Origin: Xylanibacter ruminicola 23
GTDB taxonomy: Bacteria > Bacteroidota > Bacteroidia > Bacteroidales > Bacteroidaceae
Reading direction: 5' to 3'
Length of the DNA: 32,000 nt
Assembly (NCBI RefSeq): GCF_000025925.1
Contig: NC_014033.1
Location: 480,001 to 512,000 of the forward strand
Each line of letters opens with the position of its first letter. Positions within the stretch are counted from its first letter, which is position 1. The notes under the pieces were generated by a model, which was not told the origin of the DNA, did not search any database, and worked only from the letters and a program-made list of their open reading frames with translations. Of this stretch, positions 25,224 to 32,000 are shown piece by piece. Both the position numbers and the translations under genes were made by a program.

Positions 25224-26051
25224 ATGTACAACAAAATTAATCTAAAACTACGATTGATGGTGGTGCTGCTGTGTGCTGCTTTTGCCATCCAGGCTTTGTC
25301 GCAAACCGTTTTTACACATCCTTGGCAGGGTAAGCGTGTGGCTTACTTTGGCGACTCGATTACCGACCCGCGTAACAATGGTTCGAAAATAAAGTATTGG
25401 GGCTATCTGGCCGATTGGCTGGATATCAAGCCTTACGTATATGGGGTGAGCGGACGCCAGTGGAACGATATTCCACGACAGGCGGATAAGTGCTACGAGG
25501 AGCATGGCGACAGCATTGATGCCATTATGATTTTTATTGGTACCAACGATTATAATGCGGGTGTGCCCATAGGCGAGTGGTTTACACAGAAACCCGAGAA
25601 GGTGGTGGCTGGCATACACGAGCAGAAGCACCCCGTGGACCGTTTGCACCGCTATCCGGTGATGACCGACAGTACGTATCGCGGACGTATCAACATCGCA
25701 TTAAATAAGGTAAAGCGCATGTATCCCACCAAGCAGATCATACTGCTGACACCTATCCACCGTGCGGGCTTTTATGCCAACGACAAGAACTGGCAGCCTA
25801 CCGAGGATTATACCAACCAGTGTGGCGAGTATGTGGATGCCTACGTGCAGTCGGTAAAACAGGCTGGCGAGATTTGGGCGCTGCCTGTGATTGACTGGGG
25901 CGCTATGAGTGGTCTGTACCCGCTGATGGACGAGCACGCGCAGTACTTTAAGAGTGCCGAGAACGACCGCCTGCACCCCAATGATAAAGGGCACGAGCGC
26001 TTGGCCCGTACCCTTTACTATCAGTTGCTTACATTGCCTTGCACATTTTAA
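25224..26051 (+). CDS. Secreted SGNH/GDSL-family hydrolase (esterase)
   Basis: I place the start at MYNKINLKLRLMVVLLCAAFAIQALS (signal peptide). Block I is YFGDSITD (GDS), block III is GTND, block V is DRLHPNDKGH (DxxH). Confidence 0.82.
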   Translation: MYNKINLKLRLMVVLLCAAFAIQALSQTVFTHPWQGKRVAYFGDSITDPRNNGSKIKYWGYLADWLDIKPYVYGVSGRQWNDIPRQADKCYEEHGDSIDAIMIFIGTNDYNAGVPIGEWFTQKPEKVVAGIHEQKHPVDRLHRYPVMTDSTYRGRINIALNKVKRMYPTKQIILLTPIHRAGFYANDKNWQPTEDYTNQCGEYVDAYVQSVKQAGEIWALPVIDWGAMSGLYPLMDEHAQYFKSAENDRLHPNDKGHERLARTLYYQLLTLPCTF

Positions 26052-26066
26052 GTGCGAGGCAATTTT

Positions 26067-27659
26067 TTATTTCAGCGTTACCACAACAATCGACTTAGCT
26101 GGCACCTTCATGGTAAGAACGCCCTTCTTAATCTTAGCGTCCTTGTACTCCTTTGGAGCAACCACATTAGGATGATTAAAGTCGTTGTAGTCGGCTACAT
26201 TCTTTGAGGTGAGGATGCGGCCGCTAACCTGCTTGGCGTTGAAACCAGCGAAGTTGAAATCTACGGTCTGATCCTTATCCAGACTTACGTTTGTGATGGC
26301 CAGAACGATGCTGCCATCCTTGGTCTTAGCTGCCGATGCAGAGAGCAGTGGGCAAGGACGTGTGGTGTTGTCGCTGGTCTTCTGCTTCTCCTTCCAGTAC
26401 TCGGTGCTGCACTGCACAGTCTCGCTCTGCAGATCTACAGGCAGATAAGTAGCCTCCTGGAATGGGGTGTACATCTGGAATACGTGATAGGTTGGGGTGA
26501 GAACCATGTGGCCTGTGCCCTCCTGATCGGTCAGAATCATCGACTGCAGTACGTTAACCACCTGAGCGATGTTAGCCATCTTTACACGGTCGGTGTACTT
26601 ATGGAACACATTCAGACTCAGAGCAGCTACGAAGGCATCGCGCAGGGCGTTCTGCTGGTACAGGTGGCCAGGGATAGTACCAGGCTCCTCGTCCCACCAG
26701 GTTCCCCACTCATCAACCAGCAGGCCGATGTTGTTCTGAGGATCCTTCTCGTCCATGATAGCCTTGTGCTTCTTAATCACCTCTTCGATCTCCAAGCACT
26801 TACCCAGTGCCCAGTAGTACTGATCGTTATCGAAGTTGATGGCCGAACCCTTAGGACCGTTCCAACCGGTGCAGGTGTAGTAGTGCAGAGAGATACCCTG
26901 CATGCGGGCACCAATCTTATCCATACAAACCTTGGTCCAGTTGTAATCATAGTCGCTGGCACCCGATGCAATACGATACAAACGGTTGCCACCCTGATCG
27001 CGCAGGTAGGTGTTGAACTTACGGAACTCGTCGCTGTAGTACTCAGGACTCATGTTTCCACCGCAGCCCCAAGCCTCGTTACCAATTCCGAAGTACTTTA
27101 CCTTCCAAGCTTTTTCACGTCCGTTAGCACGGCGCAGACGGGCCATTGGGGTATCGCCATCGCTGGTCATATACTCAACCCACTGTGCCATCTCCTTAAC
27201 GGTACCAGAACCTACGTTACCTGAGATGTAAGGCTCGCAACCCAGCATCTCGCACAGGTTCAGGAACTCGTGGGTACCAAACGAGTTGTCCTCGATGGTG
27301 CCACCCCAGTTGTTGTTACGCAAAGAGGGGCGCTCTGACTTTGGCCCGATACCGTCCATCCAGTGATAGTCGTCGGCAAAGCAACCGCCTGGCCAGCGCA
27401 GTACAGGAATCTGCAGAGCCTTCAGAGCCTCGAACACATCCTTACGATAACCGTTGATGTTAGGAATCTGAGAGTTCTCGCCAACCCAGAGGCCACCGTA
27501 GATACAGCTACCCAGGTGCTCGGAGAACTGACCGTAGATCTCCTTGTTGATCTTGGCTCCAGCCTGATCGGCATGAACCGTAGCTTTCACATTTTCAGCG
27601 GCTGATGCCGATGTGGCAAAAGCCAGTGCGATAGTCGCGGTAAAAATAAACTTTTTCAT
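26067..27659 (-). CDS. Secreted alpha-L-arabinofuranosidase, GH51
   Basis: Signal peptide MKKFIFTATIALAFATSASA. LRWPGGCFADDYHW, the IGNEAWGCGG acid/base region and VDEWGTWW nucleophile region are typical of GH51. Adjacent to araBAD. Confidence 0.85.
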   Translation of the reverse strand: MKKFIFTATIALAFATSASAAENVKATVHADQAGAKINKEIYGQFSEHLGSCIYGGLWVGENSQIPNINGYRKDVFEALKALQIPVLRWPGGCFADDYHWMDGIGPKSERPSLRNNNWGGTIEDNSFGTHEFLNLCEMLGCEPYISGNVGSGTVKEMAQWVEYMTSDGDTPMARLRRANGREKAWKVKYFGIGNEAWGCGGNMSPEYYSDEFRKFNTYLRDQGGNRLYRIASGASDYDYNWTKVCMDKIGARMQGISLHYYTCTGWNGPKGSAINFDNDQYYWALGKCLEIEEVIKKHKAIMDEKDPQNNIGLLVDEWGTWWDEEPGTIPGHLYQQNALRDAFVAALSLNVFHKYTDRVKMANIAQVVNVLQSMILTDQEGTGHMVLTPTYHVFQMYTPFQEATYLPVDLQSETVQCSTEYWKEKQKTSDNTTRPCPLLSASAAKTKDGSIVLAITNVSLDKDQTVDFNFAGFNAKQVSGRILTSKNVADYNDFNHPNVVAPKEYKDAKIKKGVLTMKVPAKSIVVVTLK

Positions 27660-27673
27660 GTGGTTGATAAAAA

Positions 27674-29260
27674 TTACTTGTTATCTACAGCGGCCTGTTC
27701 GATAGGCAGACAGCGCTTGTAGTTCTCGATATACTTCTCGAAACCAGCTACATCCTCGGCGGTAGGAGCTACAGAGGTACCGGTGTTACCGGCAAATACT
27801 ACATCCTCGAGGTAGTCGGCCAGGTTCTTACCGTTCTTCTTAATCAGGTAAGCAGCCAGCAGGGCGATACCCCATGCACCACCTTCGCCAGCGGTCTCCA
27901 TCACCGAGATAGGTGAGTTGAGGGCTGCAGCCAGCATGCGCTGACCTACAACGGGAGTCTTGAAGTAACCACCATGACCGGTGATACGATCTACCTTAAT
28001 CTTCTCTTCCTTCAGCAGGATGTCGTTACCAATCTTCAGCACGCCGATAGCGCCATACAGGTGGGCACGCATAAAGTTAGCCAGGTTGAACTTGTCGCCA
28101 GCAGAGCGAACGAACATCGGACGACCCTCGGCCAGACCTGTTACAGGCTCGCCTGATACGTAGTTGTAAGCCATCAGACCACCGCAGTCGGTCTCGCCCT
28201 CAAGGGCCTTGTTAAACAGCTTGCCGTAAAGCTCGTTCATATCAACCTCAATACCCAACAGCTGCTGATACTCCTTGAACAAACCTACCCATGCGTTGAT
28301 GTCGCTGGTGCAGTTGTTACAGTGTACCATTGCTACGAGGCTACCATCAGGTGTGGTTACCATATCAATCATCTCGTAAGGCTTAGAGAGTGGCTTCTCG
28401 AGCACAATCATTGAGAATGATGAGGTACCGGCTGAAACGTTACCTGTGCGCTGCTTAACGGCGTTGGTGGCAACCATACCTGTGCCTGCATCGCCCTCAG
28501 GAGGACATACGGGGCAGCCTGGCTTCAGGTGGCCTGACACGTCGAGCTTCATGGCACCCTCGGGGGTGAGGAAACCGGCATTCTCGCCTGCGTTCAATGA
28601 CTTAGGCAGAATGTCGAGTAGCTTCCAAGAGTAGCCCTTTGGTGCGATGAGCTCGTCGAACTTGCGAACCATCTCGGCATCGTAGGTCTTGGTAGCGGGA
28701 TCAACAGGAATCATACCCGAAGCATCGCCTACGCCCAGTACAAACTCGCCTGTTACCTGCCAGTGAACATAACCTGCCAGGGTGGTGAGGTACTTGATGT
28801 CGGCTACGTGCTCCTCGTTGTCGAGAATGCACTGATACAGGTGCGAGATGCTCCAACGCAGGGGGATGTTGTAGTTGAAGAGCTGTGAGAGCTCGGCAGC
28901 TGCCTTGCCTGTGTTAGTGTTACGCCAAGTGCGGAAAGGAACCAGAATCTGCTGGTCCTTGTTGAAGGCCATATAGCCGTGCATCATGGCGCTGAAGCCG
29001 ATGGCGGCCAGGGCCTCGATCTCGCAGTCGTACTGCTTCTGTACGTCCTTGCGCAGTTCGGCATAGCAGTCCTGCAGACCGTACCATACAGCCTCGGTAG
29101 AGTAGGTCCACAGACCATCTACCAACTGGTTTTCCCACTCGTGTGAACCCTGCGCGATGGGCTCGTTGTCCTCGTCGATGAGGACGGCCTTTATGCGGGT
29201 TGAGCCAAACTCGATACCGAGAATGGCCTTACCTGCCTGAATAGTTTCTTTTGCTGTCAT
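27674..29260 (-). CDS. araB: FGGY-family pentulose kinase, likely L-ribulokinase
   Basis: I place the start at [27 protein letters not shown] (FGGY N-terminal ATPase motif); an alternative start is MINM at 29269. The track ORF extends to 29563, but that N-terminal 100 aa overlaps araA and is Arg/His-rich junk. Operon context with araA/araD. Confidence 0.8.
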   Translation of the reverse strand: MTAKETIQAGKAILGIEFGSTRIKAVLIDEDNEPIAQGSHEWENQLVDGLWTYSTEAVWYGLQDCYAELRKDVQKQYDCEIEALAAIGFSAMMHGYMAFNKDQQILVPFRTWRNTNTGKAAAELSQLFNYNIPLRWSISHLYQCILDNEEHVADIKYLTTLAGYVHWQVTGEFVLGVGDASGMIPVDPATKTYDAEMVRKFDELIAPKGYSWKLLDILPKSLNAGENAGFLTPEGAMKLDVSGHLKPGCPVCPPEGDAGTGMVATNAVKQRTGNVSAGTSSFSMIVLEKPLSKPYEMIDMVTTPDGSLVAMVHCNNCTSDINAWVGLFKEYQQLLGIEVDMNELYGKLFNKALEGETDCGGLMAYNYVSGEPVTGLAEGRPMFVRSAGDKFNLANFMRAHLYGAIGVLKIGNDILLKEEKIKVDRITGHGGYFKTPVVGQRMLAAALNSPISVMETAGEGGAWGIALLAAYLIKKNGKNLADYLEDVVFAGNTGTSVAPTAEDVAGFEKYIENYKRCLPIEQAAVDNK

Positions 29261-29286
29261 ATTGATCATTTTTTGGCTAATTATTA

Positions 29287-30825
29287 TTATCTCAGCGCTT
29301 TGTTCAGCATGAAGTATACCTCGTTGTTGCGGAGAGTCTGCTTGAAGTCGGCGATGTTGGTCTGCTTGTTGATGCGAACATACTCGATGCCCAGCATCTC
29401 GGCGAAATCCTCCCAGTACTCCTCGGTGATGTCGTAAGAGAAAGCGCTGTGGTGAGTACCACCTGCCAGAATCCAGGCTGCAGCACCAATCTCGAAGGTG
29501 GGCTGTGGAACCCAGAGAGCCGAAGCTACGGGCAGCTTTGGCATGGGCTGTGGCTCGATGCACTCTACCTCCTGAGAAATCAGGCGGAAACGGTTACCCA
29601 GGTCAACAACTGTAGCCTTGATACCAGCACCTGTCTTTGAGGTGAATACCAGACGGGCTGTCTGCTGCTTGCGGATACCGATGCCCAGGAAGTGAACCTC
29701 GAGTTTGGGCTTGTCGGTAGCAATCAGAGGACAAACCTCAAGCATGTGGCTCTGCAGACAAGAGCTCTTGTCGCCAGCGAAGTTCAGAGTGTAGTCCTCG
29801 AGGAATGAGCAACCTGTAGGCATGCCCTGCTGGATAACCCACAGTGTGCGATACAGGCAGGCTGTCTTCCAGTCGCCCTCGGCACCGAAACCGTAACCCT
29901 CCTGCATCAGGCGCTGTGAAGCCAGACCAGGAATCTGGTCGAATCCGCAGAAGTTTGGATCGTCGATGTTGGCATCGCCCAGGTCGTCGAAGTTGGTAGT
30001 GAAGGCTGTAGCGCCCTCGTCCTTCAGAACGCGGCGCAGGGCAATCTCGGCCTTGGCTGCATTCTTCACCTTTTCCCAGTAAACCTCCTCGCCACTCTCA
30101 TCAATCTTGATGGTGTAGAGTTTCTTGTACTCCTCAACCAGTTCGTCGGCTTCCTTATCGGTTACCTTCTTGAAATACTCCATCAGCGAGCTTACGGGGT
30201 AGTAATCTACGTGGTAGCCCAGGCGCTGCTCGAACTCTACGCGGTCGCCATCGGTTACGGCTACGTTGTTCATGTTCATACCGAACATCAGGCAGCGCAC
30301 GTTGTGAGCATCAGCCACACCTGCTGCCACGCGAGCCCAAACGGCAATCTGCTTCTGAGCCTTCTCGTCCTTCCAGTAGCCGCAAACCACCTTACGGGCT
30401 ACACGCATGCGAGTGCAGATATGTCCGAACTCGATGTCGCCGTGAGCACTCTGGTTCAGGTTCATGAAGTCCATGTCGATCTCGTTCCAGGGGATTTCGG
30501 CATTATACTGTGTGTGGAAGTGGCAGAGGGGCTTCTGCAGCTGCTGCAGACCCTTGATCCACATCTTGGCTGGTGAGAAGGTGTGCATCCATGTGATGAT
30601 ACCCACGCACTTCTCGTCGTTGTTGGCAGCCAGCATCACCTGCTCTACTTCCTTTGAGCTGTTGGCTGTGCCTTTATATACAATCTTTACGGGGATGTTG
30701 CCTGAAGCGTTCAAACCCTCAACCATCTCCTTTGAGTGACTGTCAACTGCAACTACAGCGTCGCCTCCGTACAGAAGCTGTGCGCCAGTTACCCACCAAA
30801 TTTCAAAATTCTCAAAACCTTTCAT
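29287..30825 (-). CDS. araA: L-arabinose isomerase
   Basis: 512 aa. [12 protein letters not shown]-like N-terminus ([13 protein letters not shown]), [22 protein letters not shown] and HMLEVCP motifs characteristic of AraA. Confidence 0.92.
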   Translation of the reverse strand: MKGFENFEIWWVTGAQLLYGGDAVVAVDSHSKEMVEGLNASGNIPVKIVYKGTANSSKEVEQVMLAANNDEKCVGIITWMHTFSPAKMWIKGLQQLQKPLCHFHTQYNAEIPWNEIDMDFMNLNQSAHGDIEFGHICTRMRVARKVVCGYWKDEKAQKQIAVWARVAAGVADAHNVRCLMFGMNMNNVAVTDGDRVEFEQRLGYHVDYYPVSSLMEYFKKVTDKEADELVEEYKKLYTIKIDESGEEVYWEKVKNAAKAEIALRRVLKDEGATAFTTNFDDLGDANIDDPNFCGFDQIPGLASQRLMQEGYGFGAEGDWKTACLYRTLWVIQQGMPTGCSFLEDYTLNFAGDKSSCLQSHMLEVCPLIATDKPKLEVHFLGIGIRKQQTARLVFTSKTGAGIKATVVDLGNRFRLISQEVECIEPQPMPKLPVASALWVPQPTFEIGAAAWILAGGTHHSAFSYDITEEYWEDFAEMLGIEYVRINKQTNIADFKQTLRNNEVYFMLNKALR

Positions 30826-30864
30826 ATTCTTAAGTTGTTATTAGTTAATAATGTATGATTCTTT

Positions 30865-31575
30865 TTAATGTTTCTGTCCCTTTTGGCCATAGTACGCGTT
30901 GGGGCCGTGTTTGCGCATGTAATGCTTCTCAACCAGCAGCGGATTCATGGTGAGGTTGGGATTAACCGAGAAGGCTACGAAAGCCATCTTGGCACACTGC
31001 TCCATCACCTTGGCATTGTAAACGGCATTGTCGGGTGAGGTTCCCCATGAGAATGGACCGTGGTTCTTAACCAGCACAGCGGGCGTGTGATCAGGGTTTA
31101 TCTTACGGATGTTCAGAATCTCATCTACAATCACGTTACCAGTCTCCAACTCGTAGTTGCCCTTAACCTCTGCCTCGGTCATATCGCGGGTACAAGGGAT
31201 ATCCTTGTAGAAATAGTCGGCGTGAGTGGTGCCGATGTTAGGAATATCGCGACCTGCCTGAGCAAAAGCTGTGGCATAGGTAGAGTGGGTGTGAACCACG
31301 CCCTGGATGTTAGGGAATGCCTTATATAATACAAGGTGTGTAGGGGTATCCGACGAAGGGTTGAGATCACCCTCGACTACCTTACCACTCTCGAGATCAA
31401 CAACAACCATGTCGCTGGCTTTCATTACATCGTAGTCAACACCAGAGGGCTTGATAACAACAAGTCCTTTTTCACGGTCGATACCTGAGACATTACCCCA
31501 GGTAAAGATTACCAGGTTCTGCTTTACAAGGTCGAGATTTGCCTTGAATACTTTTTCTTTCAGTTCTTCTAACAT
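30865..31575 (-). CDS. araD: L-ribulose-5-phosphate 4-epimerase
   Basis: [61 protein letters not shown], the class II aldolase/AraD signature. Confidence 0.92.
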   Translation of the reverse strand: MLEELKEKVFKANLDLVKQNLVIFTWGNVSGIDREKGLVVIKPSGVDYDVMKASDMVVVDLESGKVVEGDLNPSSDTPTHLVLYKAFPNIQGVVHTHSTYATAFAQAGRDIPNIGTTHADYFYKDIPCTRDMTEAEVKGNYELETGNVIVDEILNIRKINPDHTPAVLVKNHGPFSWGTSPDNAVYNAKVMEQCAKMAFVAFSVNPNLTMNPLLVEKHYMRKHGPNAYYGQKGQKH

Positions 31576-31580
31576 TGTTC

Positions 31581-32000
31581 TTACAGTTTGAAATTTGAAT
31601 CTTCGTTATAAGCGCGCTTATTAAAACGATAGAGATAAGCGCCGCGTTTTGAACTTTTCTTGTCAATCAGTTCGGTCTTCTCAATGAAGTCCATCTCCTT
31701 GACACGCTTGCGGAAGTTGCGCTTGTCGAGCTCGGTGCCATAAACGGCCTCGTAGAGCGTCTGCAACTGGGTGAGCGTAAACAGATCGGGTAGCAGATTG
31801 AAGCCTACGGGTTCGTGCGACATTTTCTGCTGAACCAGCTTGCGAGCCTTGCTTACCATCTCGTTGTGGTCGGAATAAAGCTGTGGAATCTCCTCAACGT
31901 CGATCCACTCGGCTCCATGCTCCTGGCGCAGCTTGTCGTCGTAATCCATCACATTAATCAGGGCGTAGTACGAAATTGATACTACGCGCTCGCCTGGGTC
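31581..32000 (-). CDS. Nudix-domain / winged-helix transcriptional regulator of the NrtR family (AraR-like); N-terminus lies beyond the window end
   Basis: The frame stays open to position 32000 (...[22 protein letters not shown]...). The C-terminal [24 protein letters not shown] region resembles the NrtR-type wHTH. It ends 5 nt upstream of araD. The track start at 31952 is internal. Confidence 0.7.
   Translation of the reverse strand, partial: DPGERVVSISYYALINVMDYDDKLRQEHGAEWIDVEEIPQLYSDHNEMVSKARKLVQQKMSHEPVGFNLLPDLFTLTQLQTLYEAVYGTELDKRNFRKRVKEMDFIEKTELIDKKSSKRGAYLYRFNKRAYNEDSNFKL

Noticed and set aside
29261-29563. N-terminal 100-aa extension of the araB ORF (track ORF 27674..29563)
   Set aside because: The extension overlaps the 3' end of araA and is Arg/His/Gly-rich nonsense. 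The FGGY motif starts right after the internal Met at 29260 (or 29269), which sits just downstream of the araA stop.

Overview
This looks like a Bacteroidales-type chromosomal segment: many intergenic TAnnTTTG -7 promoter boxes, lipoprotein or secreted glycoside hydrolases, about 50% GC. It resembles Prevotellaceae, but I cannot verify taxonomy without a search. I see no rRNA, tRNA, CRISPR, transposase, integrase or obvious defense genes.

Gene content, left to right:
(1) A minus-strand cluster of secreted histidine phosphatase, ROK sugar kinase and a GH2 lipoprotein (the GH2 runs off the left edge).
(2) A convergent pair: a nitrilase-superfamily amidohydrolase and a CDF metal exporter.
(3) A complete thiamine biosynthesis operon, thiS-thiE-thiG-thiC-thiF-thiH-tenI-like-thiD, behind one TPP riboswitch.
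(4) A small secreted helical protein, a type-B carboxylesterase and a patatin-like phospholipase.
(5) An EamA/DMT transporter, a membrane-anchored AraC-type regulator, a 43-aa membrane-peptide ORF, a Ser-type sulfatase lipoprotein and an overlapping anaerobic sulfatase maturase.
(6) hsp20, and an LruC-like lipoprotein.
(7) A GH3 beta-glucosidase, an SGNH esterase and an arabinose cluster: GH51 arabinofuranosidase, araB, araA, araD and the 3' part of a Nudix/NrtR-type regulator.

Most unusual observations:
(a) Tandem arrays of the heptamer TTTAATG lie exactly at gene junctions. Two arrays in inverted orientation bracket thiC, and the stop and start codons of the neighbouring genes are built from repeat units.
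(b) The sulfatase module combines a non-canonical S-T-S-S-R maturation motif, a translationally overlapped maturase, an upstream micro-ORF, three direct repeats and a membrane AraC regulator.
(c) A 66-nt palindrome of helically phased CACGAATT half-sites sits in a divergent promoter. A 12-mer from it recurs upstream of the LruC-like gene.
(d) A near-consensus sigma-54 promoter and a canonical AGGAGG precede hsp20.

Every functional call rests on motif recognition by eye. No database search was run.
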